Shown: positions 14,001 through 28,949, numbered from the stretch's first letter. The stretch is 64,000 nucleotides of DNA from the human T2T-CHM13v2.0 reference genome, Homo sapiens (GCA_009914755.4 CP068257.2:7200001-7264000), one strand, 5' to 3'. Notes: a model not told the origin generated them from the sequence alone. Program-made: numbers and translations.

Positions 14001-17000
14001 GAATGGAATTGAATGGAATAGAATGGAGTCAACACGAATGGAATGGAATGGAATGGTATGGAATGTAATGGAATGGAATGGAATGGAACGGAATGCTGTG
14101 GAATCAACCCGAGTAGCATGGAAATGAATGGAATGGAATGGAATGCTTTCAAACCGAGAGGAATGGAATGGAATGGAATGCAACGGAATCAACCCTAGTG
14201 GAATGGAATGTAAAGGAATGAAATGGAATCAACCCAAGAGGAATGGAATGGAATGGAATGGAATGGAATGGAATGGAATGGTATGGAATCAAACCGAGTG
14301 GAATGGTATGGAAAGGAATGGAATGGAACGGAATGGACTGGAATAAATGGAATGGAATGGAATGGAATCAACCCGACGGAAATGGAATGGAATGTAATGG
14401 AATGGAATAAAACCGAGTGGAATAGAATGGAATGTAATGGAATGGAATGGAATGGAATGGAATCAACCCGAGTGGAATGGAATGGAATGGAATGGAATGG
14501 AAAGGAATGGAATGGAATAAACCCGAGTGGAATGGAATGGAATGGAATCAAATGGAATGGAATGGAATGGAAAGGAATGGAATGGAATAAACCCGAGTGG
14601 AATGGAATGGAATGGAATCGAATGGAATGGAATGGAATGGAATGGAATGGAATGGAATGGAATAAACCCGAGTGGAATGGAATTGAATGGCATGAAAAGG
14701 AATGGAATTAACCCGAGTGGCATGGAATGGAATGGTATAGAATGTAATAGAATGGAATGGAATCAACTCGAAGGGAAAGGAATGGAATGAAAAGGAATGG
14801 AATGGAATGGAATGGACAGGAATGGAATGCATTGGAAAGCAATGGTATGAAATGGATTCAACCCGAGAGGAATGTAATGGAATGGAATGGAGTGGAATGG
14901 AATGGAATGCAATGGAATGGAGTTGAATGGAATAAACCCCAGAGGAATGGAATGGAATGCAACGGCATGGAATGGAATGGTATGGATAGAAATGGATAGG
15001 AATGGAATGGAATGCAATGGAATGGAATGGAATACAATGGAATGGAATGGAAAAAGCTGAAGTGGAATGGAATGCAATGGAATGCAATGGAATGAAATTC
15101 AACGTAATGGAAACAAACGGAGTGGAACGGAATGGAATGGAAAGGACTGAAATGTAATGGAAGTGATTGGATTCAAACCGATTCCAATGCGAAGGAATGG
15201 AAAGTAATGGAATCGAATGCAAGGGAATGGAATGGAATGGAATTAACTGGAATGGAATGGAATGGAATGGAATATAATTGAATGGAATGGAATGGAATCA
15301 ACCCGAGTGGACTGGAAGGGAATGGAATGGAAATGAATGGAATGCAATAAAATAGAACGGAATGGAATGAACCCGAGTGGAATGGAATTGAATGGAATGG
15401 AATGGAATGGAAAGGAACAGAACGGAACGGAATGGAATGGAATGGAATGGAATGCAAAGAAATGGAATGAACAAATGTGGAATGGAATGGAATGGAATGG
15501 ATTGGAATGGAATGGAATGTAATCAACACGAGTGGAATGGAATGGAATGGAATGGATTGGAATGGAATGGAATGTAATCAACACGAGTGGAATAGAATGG
15601 AATGGAAAGGAGTGGAATGGAATGGAATTGAATGGAATAGAATGGAGTGGAATGGAAGGGGAAGGAATTGAATGGAATGGAATGGAATGGGATGGAACAG
15701 AATGGAAAGGAGTCAACCTGAATGGAAAGAAATGGTATGGAATGGAAAGGAACGGAATGGAATGGAATGGAATTTAAATGGAATGGAATGGAAAGGAATG
15801 GAATTGAATGGAATGGAATGGTATGGAACCAACACGAGTGGAATAGTATGGAACGGAATGGAATGGAATGGAATGGAATAAAATGGAATGGAATGGAATG
15901 GAATCAACCAGAGTGAAATGGCATGGATTAGAATGGAATGGAATAAACCCGAGTGGAATGGAATGGAATGGAATGGAAAGGAATGGAATGGAATGGAGTG
16001 GAATGGAACGGAGTGGAATGGAATGGAATGGAGTGGAATGGAACGGAATGGAATGGAATGGAGTGGAATGGAATGGAATGGAGTTGAATGGAATAAACCC
16101 CAGAATAATGGAATGGAATGGAACGGCATGGAATGGAATGGTATGGATAGGAATTGATAGGAATGGAACGGAATGGAATGGAATGGAATTGAATGGAATG
16201 GAGTGGAATTGAATGGTATGGAACAGAATCAACCCGAGTGGAATGGAATGCAATGGAAGGCAATGGAGTGGAATGGAATTCAATGGAAGGCAATGAAATG
16301 GAATGGAATGGAATGTATTGGAATCAACTGGAATGGAATGGAATGGAATTGAATGGAATGGAATGGAGTCAATACGGGTTGAATGGAATTCAATGGAATG
16401 ATGATGAATGGAATGCAATGGAGTGGAATGGAATGGAATAGAATGGAATCAACCCGAATGGAATGGAATGGAATGCAATGGAATAGAATGGAACGGAATG
16501 CTATGGAAACAACCCGATTGGAATGGAAAAGAATGGAATGGAATGGAATCAACCCAAGTGGAAAGGAATGGAATGGAATGCAACGGATTCAACCAGAGTG
16601 GAATGGAATAGAAAGGAATGGAATGGAATGGAATGGAATTGAAAGGAATGGAACGGAATCAACCCAAGAGGAATGGAATGGAATGGAATGGAATGTCATG
16701 GAATGGAGTGGAATGGAATCAACCAGAGTGGAATGGAACGGAATGGAATGTAATGGAATGGAAAGGGAGGCAATGGAATGGAATGGAATGGAATGGAATG
16801 GAATGGAATGGAAACAACCCGAGTGGAATGGAATGGAATGGAATGGAATGGAAAGGAATGGCATGGAATGGAATGGAATGCAATCAGCGCGAGTGGAATG
16901 GAATGGAATGGAATGGAAAAGAATTTAATGGAACAGAATGGAATGGAATAAAATAGAATGAACCTGAATGGAATGGAAGTAAGGAACCCGAATGGAATGG

Positions 17001-17099
17001 ATTGGAATGGAATGGAATGGAATCAACCCGAGTGGAATGGAATGGAGTGGAATGGAACACAATTGAATGGAATGGAATAGAATAGAATGCAATGGAATG

Positions 17100-18400
17100 G
17101 AACGGAATGGAATCAATCGGAATGGAATGGAACGGAATGGAAGGGAATGGAGTGGAATGGAGTGAAATGGAATGGAATGGAATGGAAGGGAATGAAATGG
17201 AATGGAATGAAACTGAGTAGAATGGAATGGAATGGAATGGAAAGGAAGGGAAATGAATGGAAACGAAAGGAAAGGATTAGTATGGAATCAACTTTAGTGG
17301 AATGGAATGGAATGCAATGGAACAGAATGGAATGGAGTGGAATGGAATGGAATGGAATCAACCCGAGTGGAATGGAATTGAATGGTATGGAATGAAATGG
17401 AATGGAATCAACCCGAGAGGAATGGAATGGAATGGAATGGAATGGAATCAACCCGAGTGGAATGGATTGGAATGGAATGGAATGGAATGGAATGGAATCA
17501 ACCCGAGTGGAATGGAATGGAAAGGAATGGAATGGAACGCAATGGAATTGAATGGAATGGAATCAACCCGAGTGGAATGGAATGGAATAGAATGGAATTG
17601 AATCAACCCGAGTGGAATGGAATGCAATGCAATGGAATGGAATTGAACGGTATGGAATGGAATAGAATGGAATGGAGTCACCGTGAGGGGAAAGGAATGG
17701 AATGGAAAGGAATGGAATGGAATGGGAAGGAATGGAATGCAATGCAATGGAATGGTATGGAATGGAGTCAAACCGAGAGGAATGTAACGGAATGGAATTG
17801 AATGGAATGGAATGGAATGCAATGGAATGGAATGGAGTGGAATCAACCGTGTGGAATGGAATGGAATGGAATGGAATGGAATGCAATGAAATGGAATGGA
17901 ATCAACTCCATTGGAATGGAATGGAATGGAATGGAATCAACCCGAGTGGAATGGATTGGAATGGAGTGGAATGGAATGGAACGGCATCCAATACAATGGA
18001 ATCAACTAGAATGGAATGGAATGGAATGGAATGGAACGGAATCAACCTGAGTGGAATGGAATGGAATGCAGTGGAATGAATGGAATGCAATGGAATTGAA
18101 ACTAATGGAATGGAATAGAAACAACCCGAGTGGATTGGAATGCAATGGAAAGGAATGGAATAGAATGGAATGGAGTGGAATGGAATGGAATGCAAGGAAA
18201 TGGAATGGAATGGAACGGAATATACCCGAATGGAATGTAATGGAATGGAAAGAAATGGAATCAACAAGAGTGGAATGCAATGGATTGCAATGGAATGGAA
18301 TGGAATGGAATGGAATGGAATGGAATGGAACGGAATCAACACGAGTGGAATGGAATGGAATTGAATGGAATGGAATGGAATGGAATGGAATGGAATGGAA
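17100..18400. repeat. Dispersed copy of the 3900-5250 segment
   Basis: Same ORF-translation identities as listed for 3900-5250. A nearby variant, ggattagtatggaatcaactttagtggaatgg at 17271, corresponds to the ggattggtatggaatcaacattagtggaatgg signature. Confidence 0.65.
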
Positions 18401-18410
18401 TGGAATGGAA

Positions 18411-18530
18411 TCAACCTTAGTGGAATGCTATGGAATGGAATGGAATGGAATGGAATGGAATGGAATGGAATCAACCCTAGTGGAATGCTATGGAATGGAA
18501 TGGAATGGAATGGAATGGAATGGAATGGAA
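18411..18530. repeat. 60-bp tandem duplication (caacc[t/c]tagtggaatgctatgg + (GGAAT)8)
   Basis: Read directly from the sequence: caaccttagtggaatgctatgg at 18411 and caaccctagtggaatgctatgg at 18471. Confidence 0.8.
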
Positions 18531-19799
18531 TAAAATGGTTTGGAATGGAATGGCATCAACCCCAGTGAAACGGAATGGAATGGAACCAACCCGAGTGGAA
18601 TGGAACGCAATGAAATGGAACGGAATGGAATCAACCAGAGTGGAATGGAATGCAATGGAATGGAACGGACTGGAACGGAATGGAATGGAATGGAACCAAG
18701 TGGAATGGAACGAATGGAATGGAATTGAATGGAAATGAATGGAATGGAAATGAATGGAATGGAATGGAATGGACAGGAATGGAATGGAATCAACCCGAAT
18801 GCAATGGAATGGAATGGAATGGAAAGGAATGGAATGGATTTGAATGGAATGGAATGGAATCAACCTGAGAGGAATGGAATGGAATGGATTAGAGATATCC
18901 CGAGTGGAATGGAATGGAATGTAATCAACCCGAGTGCAATGATATGCAATGAAATGGAATAGAATGGAATGGAATGGAATTAACGAGAGTGGCATGGATT
19001 GGAATGGAATAGAATGGTATGGAATGGAATAGAATCAAATGGAATCAACTCGAGGGGAAAGGAATAGATTGGAACGGAATGGAATGGAATGGAAAGGAAT
19101 GGAATGCAACGGAATGCAATGGTATGGAATGGAGTAACCAGGAGAGGAATGGAATGAAATGGAATTGAATGGAATGGAATGAAATGCAATCGAATGGAGT
19201 CGAAAGGAATAAACCCCAGAGGAATGGAATGGAATGGAATGGAATGGAATGGAATGGAATGGAACGGAATGGAATGGAATGGATAGGAATGTAATGTAAT
19301 CTAATCTAATGTAATGGAATGGAAAGGAATGGAATGGAATGCAAAGAACTGGAACGGAATGGAATGGAATGAAATAAAACAGAGTGGAATGGAATGCAAT
19401 GGAATCAACTGGAATGGAATGAAATGGAATGGAATGGAATGGAATGGAATGCAATGGAATGGAATGGAATCAACCCGAGTGGAATGCAATGGAATGGAAA
19501 GGAATGGAATGGAATGGAATGGAATCCACCCTAGTGGAATGGAGTGGAATGGAATGGAACGGCATTGAATGCAGTGGAATCAATTATAATGGAATGGAAT
19601 GGAATGGAACAGAATAAACCTGAGTGTAATGTAATGGAATGGAATGGAATGCATGGAATGCAATCAATGGAAACTAATGGAATGGAATGGAAACAACGCA
19701 AGTGGAATGGAATACAATGGAATGGAACGGAATGGAATGGAATGGAGTTCAACATAATGGAAACAAACCAAGTGGAATGGAATGGAATGGAAAGCACTG

Positions 19800-21690
19800 A
19801 AATGTAATGGACTGGATTAGAATCAACCAGATTCCAATGCAATGGAATGGAATGGAATGGAAGGGAATGGAATGGGATGCAAAGGAATGGAATGAACTGG
19901 AATGGAATGGAATATAATTGAATGGAATGGAAAGGAATCAACACAAGTGGAGTGGAATGGAATGGAACAGAAATGAATGGAATGTAATGGAATGTAATGG
20001 AATTAACTCGAGGTGAATGGAAAGGAATGGGATGGAATGGAATGGAATAATCCCGAGTGGAATGGAATGGAAAGGAAAGCAAGGAATGGAATGGAATGGA
20101 ATGCATTGGAATCAACTGGAAAGGAATGGAATGCAATGGAATGCATTGGAATCAACTGGAATGGAATGGAATGGAATGGAATCCATCCGGGTTGAATGGA
20201 ATAAAATGGAATGGAGTCGAATGGAACGCAATGGAGTGCAATGGAATGGAATGGAATGGAATGGAATGGAATGGAATCAACACGAATGGAATGGAATGGA
20301 ATGCAATGGAATGGAATGGAACGGAATGATTTGGAAACAACCCTAGTGGAATGGAATGGAATGGAATGGAATGGAATGGAATGGAATGGAAAGTAATGGA
20401 AAGGAATGGAATGGAATCAAACCAAGAGGAATGGAATGGAATGGAATGGAATGGAATGGAATCAACCAGAGTGGAATGGAATGGAATGGAATGGAATGGA
20501 ATGGAATGGCATGGAATGGAATGGAATGGCATGGAATGGAATGGAATGGCATGGAATGGAATGGAATGGCATGGAATGGAATGGAATGGCATGGAATGGA
20601 ATGGAATGGAATAGGCCGAGTGGAATGGAATGGAATGGAATACAATGGAATGGAATGGATAGTAATGGAATGGAACAGAATGAAATGGAATAAAATGGAA
20701 TGAACCCAAATAGAATGGAAGGAATCAACCCGAGTGGAATGGAATGGAATGGAATGGAAGGGAATGGAATGGAATGGAATCAAACTGAGTGGAATGTAAT
20801 GGAAGGGAAAAGAATGAAAAGGAATGGAATGGATTGGTATGGAATCAACATTAGTGGAATAGAATGGAATGGACTGGAATGGAACAGAATGGAAAGGAAT
20901 AAAATGGAATAGAATGCAATGGAATCAACAAGAATGAAATGGACTGTAATGGAATGGATTGCAATCAACCCGTGTGGAATGGAATGGAACGGAATGGAAT
21001 GGAATGGAATCAACCCGAGTGGAATGGAAGGGAAAGGAATGGAATGGAATGGAATGGAAGGGAATGGAATGGAATGGAATGGAATCAACCCGAGTGGAAT
21101 GGAATGAAATGGAATGGAATGGAATGGAATGGAATGGAATCAACTCAAGTGGAATGTAATGGAACGAAGTGGAATGGAATGCAACGGTATGGAATGGAAT
21201 AGAATGGAATGGAGGCAACTCAAGGGGAAAGGAATGGAATGGAAAGGAATGGAATGGAATGAATAGGAATGTTATGCAATGGAATGCAATGGTATGGAAT
21301 GGAGTCAAACAGAGAGGAATGTAATGGAATGGAATGGAATGGAATGGAATGGAATGCAATGGAATGGAATGCAATGGAATCAATCGTGTGGAATGGAATG
21401 GAATGGAATGGAATGGAATGGAATGGAATGGAATCAACTCGATTGGAATGGAATGGAATGGAATGGAATGGAATGGAAGGGAATGGAATCAACCCGAGTG
21501 GAATGGATTGGAATGGAGTGGAATGGAATGGAATGGCATCCAATACAATGGAATCAACTAGAATGGAATCCAATAGAATGGAATAGAACGGAATCAACCT
21601 TAGTGGAATGGAATGGAATGGAGTGGAATGAATGGAATGCAATGGAATGGAAACTAATGGAATGGAATTGAAGCAACCCGTGTGGAATAT
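19800..21690. repeat. Dispersed copy of the 5460-7560 segment
   Basis: See the 5460-7560 feature. It includes a run of five 20-bp units of ggaatggaatggaatggcat at ~20497-20600. Confidence 0.7.
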
Positions 21691-22450
21691 AATGCAATGG
21701 AATGGAATGGAATGGAATGGAATGGAATCAGCCCGAGTGGAATGCAATGGAATGGAATACAATGGAATGGAATGGATAGTAATGGAATGGAACAGAATGA
21801 AATGGAATAAAATGGAATGAACCCAAATAGAATGGAAGGAATCAACCCGAGTGGAATGGAATGAAATGGAATGGAAGGGAATGGAATGGAATGGAATCAA
21901 ACTGAGTGGAATGTAATGGAAGGGAAAATAATGAAAAGGAATGGAATGGATTGGTATGGAATCAACATTAGTGGAATAGAATGGAATGGACTGGAATGGA
22001 ACAGAATGGAAAGGAATAAAATGGAATGGAATGCAATGGAATCAACAAGAATGAAATGGACTGTAATGGAATGAATTAGAATCAACCTGTGTGGAATGGA
22101 ATGGAACGGAAAGGAATGGAATGGAATCAACCCGAGTGGAATGGAAAGGAAAGGAATGGAATGGAATGGAATGGAATGGAATGGAATGGAATGGAATGGA
22201 ATCAACCCGAGTGGAATGGAATGAAATGGAATGGAATGGAATGGAATGGAATGGAATGGAATGGAATGGAATCAACGCAAGTGGAATGTAATGGAACGAA
22301 GTGGAATGGAATGGAACGGTATGGAATGGAATAGAATGGAATGGAGGCAACTCAAGGGGAAAGGAATGGAATGGAAAGGAATGGAATGGAATGAATAGGA
22401 ATGTTATGCAATGGAATGCAATGGTATGGAATGGAGTCAAACAGAGAGGA
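20600..22450. repeat. ~1.1-kb tandem duplication, ~1.7 copies (20600-21690 and 21690-22450)
   Basis: The string aataaaatggaatgaacccaaatagaatggaaggaatcaacccgagtgg occurs at 20690 and 21807, an offset of ~1117 bp. ORF 20939..21202 matches 22089..22334. Minus-strand ORF 20925..21437 matches 22042..22440. ORF 20700..20912 matches 21871..22074. Confidence 0.75.
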
Positions 22451-23259
22451 ATGTAATGGAATGGAAGGCAATGGAGTGGAATGGAAAGGAATGGAATAGA
22501 ATGGAATCAACCCGAATGGAATGGAATGGAATGGTATGGAATGGAATGCAATGGAATGCAGCGGAATGCTAAGGAATCAACCCAAATGGAATGGAATGGA
22601 ATGGTATGGAATGGAATGCAATGGAATGCAGCGGAATGCCATGGAATCAACCCGAGTGGAATGGAAAAGAATGGAATGAAATGAAATGGAATGGATTCCA
22701 CCCAAGTGGAAAGGAATGGAATGGAATGCAACGGAATCAACCCGAGTGGAATGGAATGGAAAGGAATGGAATGGAATGGAATGGAATGGAATGGAAAGGA
22801 ATGGAATGGAGTCACCAAAGAGGAATGGAATGGAATGGAATCAACCCTAGTGTAATGGAATGGAATGGAATGAAAAGTAATGGAATGGAATGGTATGGAA
22901 TCAAACCGAATGGAATGGTATGGAATGGAACAGAATGGAACGGAATGGACTGGAATAAAATGTTATGGAATGGAATGGAATCAACCAGACGGAAATAGAA
23001 AGGAATGTAATAGAATGGAATAAACCCGAGTGGAATAGAATGGAATGGAATGGAATGGAATGGAATGCCATGGAATGGAATGGAATGGAATCAACCCGAG
23101 TGGAATGGAATGGAAAGGAATGGAACGGAATGGGATGCAGTGGAATGGAATGGAATGGAATGGAATCAACCCGAGTGGAATGGAATGGAATGGAATGGAA
23201 TGGAATCAACCCGAGTGGAATGGAAAGGAATGAAATGGAATGGAATGGAATGGAAAGGA

Positions 23260-23700
23260 ATGGAGTGGAATCAACCAAAGAGGAATGGAATGGAATGTAA
23301 TGGAATGGAATGGAATGGAATGGAATGGAATGGAATGGAATGGATTGGAATGGAATGGAATTGAATGGAATGGAATCAACCAGAGTGGAATGGAGCGGAA
23401 TGGAATGGAATGGAATGGAATGGAATGGAATGGAATGGAATGGAATGGAATCAACCCGAGTGGAATTGAATGGAATGGAATGGAATGGAATCAACCCGAG
23501 TGGAATGGAAAGGAATGGAATGGAATGGAATGGAATGGAAAGGAATGGAGTGGAATCAACCCTAGAGGAATGGAATGGAATGGAATGGAATGGATTGGAA
23601 TGGAATGGAATCGAATGGAATGGAATCAACCAGAGTGGAATGGAGCGGAATGGAATGGAATGGAATGGAATGGAATGGAATGGGATGGAATGGAAATGAC
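23260..23700. repeat. ~246-bp tandem duplication (2 copies)
   Basis: The string caaccagagtggaatggagcggaatgg occurs at 23381 and 23627. ORF 23240..23827 shows an internal repeat: ...GINQSGMERNGMEWNG... appears twice. Confidence 0.6.
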
Positions 23701-24156
23701 TCAACCCGAGTGGAATGGAATGGAATGCAATGGAATGGAATGGAAAGCTATGGAATGGAAGAGAATGGAATGGAATCAACTCGAGGGTAAAGGAATGGAA
23801 TGGAAACGAATGGAATGGAATGGATAGGAATGGAATGCAATAGAATGTGATGGTATGGAATGGAGTCAAACCGAAAGGAAAGTAATGGAATGAAATTGAA
23901 TAGAATGGAAAGGAATGCAATGGAATGGAGTTGAATGGAATAAAACCCAGAGGAACGGAATGGAATGGAATGGATAGGAATGGAATGCAATGGAATGGAA
24001 TGAATTGGAATGGAATGGAATGAAATGGAATGGAATGAAATCAAACAGAGTGGAATGGAATGGAATGAAATGGAATGGAATGGAATTTATTGGAATGGAA
24101 TCAATTGGAATGGAATGAAATGGAATGGAATGGAATGCAATGGAATGGAATGGAAT

Positions 24157-24560
24157 CAACCCGAGTGGAATGGAATGCAATGGAATGCTATGGAATGGAA
24201 TGGAATGGAATTCAACTTAATGGAAACAAACCGAGTGGAATAGAATGGAACGGAAAGGACTGACATGTAATGGAATGGCTTGGAATCAACACGATAACAA
24301 TGCAACGGAATGGAATGGAATTGAATGGAATGCAATGGAATGGAATGGAATGGAATCAACCCGAGTGGAATGGAATGCAATGGAATGCTATGGAATGGAA
24401 TGGAATGGAATGGAATTCAACTTAATGGAAACAAACCGAGTGGAATGGAATGGAACGGAAAGGACTGACATGTAATGGAATGGATTGGAATCAACACGAT
24501 AACAATGCAACGGAATGGAATGGAATTGAATGGAATGCAATGGAATGGAATGGAAGGGAA
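24157..24560. repeat. ~201-bp tandem duplication (2 copies) carrying the diverged 'island' element
   Basis: The string caacccgagtggaatggaatgcaatggaatgctatgg occurs at 24157 and 24358. ORFs 24075..24263 and 24245..24475 share NATEWNG...MESTRVEWNAMECYGMEWNG. The minus-strand ORFs 24156..24380 and 24388..24807 also match. Confidence 0.7.
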
Positions 24561-27500
24561 TGGAATGGAATGCAAAGGAATAGAATGTACTGGAATGCAA
24601 TGGAATGGAATGGAATATAATTGAACTGAAAGCAATGGAATGGAATGGAATGGAATGGAATGGAATGGAATGAACCCGAATGGAGTGGAATGGAATGGAA
24701 TGGAATGGAATGGAATGGAACAGAATGGAATGAACCCGATTGGAATGCATTGGAATGGAATGGAAAGGAAAGGAATGGAATGGAATGGAATGGAATTGAA
24801 TGAACACAAGTGGAAATCGAATGGAATGGAATGGAATGGATTGGAATGGAATGGAATCGAATCAACCCGAGTGGAATAGAATGGAATTGAATGGAGTGGA
24901 ATGGAATGGAATTGAATCTAATAGAATGTAGTGGAATGGAAGGCGAAGGAATTGAATGGAATGGTATGGAATGGAATGGAATGGGATGGAAAAGAATGGG
25001 AAGGAAACAACCCGAATGAAATGGTGTGGAATGGAATGGAATCAACCCGAGTGGAATGGAATGGAATGAAATGCAATCAATCCGAATGGAATGGAATGGA
25101 ATGGAATGGAATGCTATGGAATCAAACAGAGAGGAATGGAAATGAATGGACTGGAATGGAATGGAATGGAATAGAATGGAATGGAAAAGAATTGAATGGA
25201 ATGGAAATACCCCGAGTGGAATGGAATGCAATGGAATGGAATGGAATGGAATTGAATGGAAAGTAATGGAATTCAACGGAATGCAATTAACTCACGTGGA
25301 ATGGATTGGAAAGGAATGAAATGCAATGGAATGGAAACAAAATCAACGGAATGGAATCAAAGAGTATGGAATGGAATGGAATGGAATGGGATGGAATGGA
25401 ATGGAATGGAATCAACCCGAGTGAAATGGAATAGAATAGAATTGAATGGAATCAACCTGAGTGGAACGGAATTGAATGGAAAGGAATGGAATGGAATCAA
25501 CCTGAGTGGAATGGAATGGAATGGAAAGGAATGGAATGGAATCAACCTGACTGGGATGGAATGGAATGTAAAGGAATGAATGGAATTGAATGGAATGGAA
25601 TGGTATGGAGTCAACCCGAGTGGAATGGAATGGAATGGAATGGAATGGAATACAATGGTATGGAATCAATCCGAGAGGAATAGAATGGAATGGAATGGAA
25701 TCAACCAGACAGGAATGGCACGGAATGGAATGGAATGGAATAGAACGGAATGGAATGGAACGGAAAGGAATGGAATGGAATTGATTGGAATCAACCAGAG
25801 TGGAATGTAATGGAACGAAATGCAATTGAATGGAATGGAATGTAACGGAACTGAATTGAAAGGAATTGAATGGAAAGAAACCGAATGGAATGGATTGGAA
25901 GGGAATGCAAAGTAATGGAATCAACCAGAATGGAATGGAATGGAATGGAGTGGAGTGGAATGGAATGGAATGGAATGGTATGGAATGGAATGGAATGGAA
26001 TGGAATCTACCCAAATGGAATGGAATTGAATGGAATGGAATGGAATGGCATGGAATGGTATGGAATCAACCCGAGTGGATTGGTATGGAACGGCAATGAA
26101 TGAAACGGAATTGAATGGAATAAAATGGAATGGAATGGAATGGAATCAACACGAGTGAAATGGAATGGCATGGAATGGAATGGCTTCAACAAGAGTGGAA
26201 TGGAATGAAATGGAATGGAAGGAAATTTAATGGAATGGATTCAACCTGAGTGGAAAGGAGGAAAATGGAATGGAATGTAATCAACCTGAGTGGAATGGAA
26301 TGGAATGCAATGCAATGGAATAGAATGGAATGGAAGACAGTGGAATCACCTGGAATGGAATGGAATGGAATGGAATGGAATGGAATCATTCCTTGTGTAA
26401 TGGAATGGAATGTAAAGGAGTGGAATGTAATGGAATGGTGTGGAATGGAATGGAATGGAATGGAATGGAATCAAACCGAATGGAATGGAACGGAATGCAA
26501 TGGAATTGAATTTAATGGAAAGGAATGGAATCAACCAGAAGGGAATGGTATGGAATTCAACGGAATGGAATGGAACGGAATGCTAAGGAAACAAACCGAG
26601 TGTAATGGAAAAGAATGGAATGGAATGGAATGGAATGGAATGGAATGGAATGGAATGGAGTGGAATGGAATCAAACCAATTGGAATGGAATGGAATGGAA
26701 TGCAACGGAATAAACCGGAGTGGAATGGAATGGAAAGGAATGGAATGGAATGGTATGGAATCAACCGAGTGTAATGGAATGGAATGTAATGGAAGGGAAT
26801 GGAATCAACCCGAATGTAATGGAACGGAAAGGAATGGAATGGAATGGAATGGAATCAACCCGAGTGGAATGCAAAGGAATGGAATGGAACGGAACGGAAC
26901 GGAACGGAATGGAATGGAAAGGAGTGGAATCAACCCCAGTGGAATGAAATGGAATGGAATGGAATGCAATGGAATGGAATCTAATGGTATCAACCCGAGT
27001 GGAAGGGAATGGAATGGATTGGAATGGAATGGAATGCTATGGAATCTACCCTGGGGGAATGGTATGGAATGGAATGGAATGGAATGGAATGGAATGGAAC
27101 GGAATAGAATAAAATGGAAAGGAATTGAGTTTAAGCAACCCGAGTGAAATAGAATGGAATGGAATCGCATCGAATGGGATGGGATGAAATCAACCCGAGA
27201 GGAATGGAATGGAAAGCAAAGAATCAATCGGAGGGGAATGCAATGTAATTTAATGGAATGAAACGGAATGGAATCAACCCGAGTGGAGTGGAATAAAATG
27301 GAATGGAATGGAATGGAATCAACCCGAGTGGAACGGAATGGAATGGAATGGAATGGAATCAAACCGACTGGAATGAAATGGAGTGGAATGCAATGGAATG
27401 GAATGGAGTGGTATGGAATCAACCCGAGTGGAATAGTATGGAATGGAATGGAATGGAACGAAATGGAATGGAAAAAAATGGAATGGAATGGAATGGAATC

Positions 27501-27599
27501 AACCCAAGTGAAATGGAATGGAAAGGAATGGAATGGAATCAACCCAAGTGAAATGGAATGGAAAGGAATGGAATGGAATCAACCAGAGTGGAATGGAAT

Positions 27600-28450
27600 G
27601 GAATGGAATGAAAGGGAATGGAATGTAAAGGAATCAACCTGTGTGGAATGGAATGGAAGGGAATGGAATGGAATGAAATGGAATATAATGGAATGGAATG
27701 GAATCATCCCGGGTTGAAAGGAATGTTATGGAATGCAACGGAACGGAATGGAACACAACGGAATGGAATGCAACGGAATAGATTGAATCAGAGAGGAATT
27801 GAATGGAGAGGAATGGATTGGAATGGAATGCAATGGATTCAACCCTAGTTGAATGTCATGGATTGGAAAGGAATGGAATGGAATGGAATGGAATGGAATG
27901 GAATGGAATGGAATGGAGTGGAATGGAATGGAGTGGAATCAACACGAATGGAATGGAACGGAATGGAATGGAATGTAATGGAATGAAATGGAATGGAATG
28001 GAATGGAAACAACACGAATAGAATGGAACGGAATGGAATGGAATGCTGTGGAATGGAAAGGATTGGAATGAAATAAACACGAATAGAATGGAACGGAATG
28101 GAATGGAACGGAATGGAATGGAATGGAAAGGAATGGAGTGAAATGGAAAGGAACGGAATGGAATTAACCCGAGTGGAATTGAATGGAATGGAAAGGAATA
28201 AACACGAGTGGAATGAAACGGAATGTAATGCAATGGAACGGAGCGGAATCATTCTGAGTGGAATGGAATGCAATGGAATGGCATGGAATGGAATGGAATG
28301 GAATGGAATGGAATGGAGTGGAGTGGAATGCAATGCAATGGAATGGAATGGAATGGAATCAACCCGAATGGAATGGAATGGAGTGGAATGGAATCAACAC
28401 GAATGGAATGGAATGGCATGGAATGGAATGGAATGGAATGGAATCAACCA
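27600..28450 (+). repeat. Ectopic island of the downstream (36.7-64 kb) HSat3 subfamily embedded in the upstream domain
   Basis: It contains gattgaatcagagaggaattgaatggagaggaatggattggaatggaatgcaatggattcaaccctagttgaatgtcatggattggaaagg at 27781. It also contains cacgaatagaatggaacggaatggaatggaatgctgtggaatgg at 28018 and 28078, and ggaattaacccgagtggaattgaatgg...gtaatgcaatggaacggagcggaatca at 28160. All three are signatures otherwise confined to >36.7 kb. ORF 27618..27848 matches 37507..37692. Confidence 0.7.
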
Positions 28451-28949
28451 GACTGGAATGGAGTGGAATGGAGTTTAATGGAATGGAATGGAATAGAATG
28501 GTATGGAATCAACACGAGAGGAATGGTATGGAATGGAATGGAATGGAACGGAATGGAATGGAATAAAATGGAATGGAATGGAATGGAATCAACCAGAGTG
28601 GAATGGAATGGAACGGAGTAGAATGCAATGGAATGGAATGGAATGCAATGAAATGGAAAGGAACGGAATGGAATCAACCCGAGTGGAATGGAAAGGAATG
28701 GAATGGAATCAACCCGAGTGGAATGGAATGGAATGGAATAGAATGGAATGGAATGGAATGTAACGGAATATAATGGAATGGAATTGAATCATCCCCAGTG
28801 GAATGGAATGCAATGGAATCAACAAGATTGAAATGGAGTGTAATGGACTGGAATGGAATCAACCCGAGTGGAATGCAATGGAATGGAACGGAAAGGAATG
28901 GCATGGAATGGAATGGAATGGAATCAGCCCGAGTAGAATGGAATGGAAT

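Noticed and set aside
20497-20600. Run of 5 x 20-bp ggaatggaatggaatggcat units, which looks like a distinct minisatellite
   Set aside because: It is a single G-to-C variant pentamer (GGCAT) propagated by local slippage within the normal GGAAT array. It is not a separate repeat family.
22901-23920. Longest ORF in the window (339 aa, minus strand; IPFHS-rich) and many other ORFs over 150 aa, which could suggest a repetitive or pentapeptide-repeat protein
   Set aside because: ATTCC and GGAAT contain no stop codon in any frame, so long ORFs are expected by chance. ORFs overlap in all six frames and carry no start context or non-repeat flanking domains. Their sequences only mirror the satellite HOR structure.
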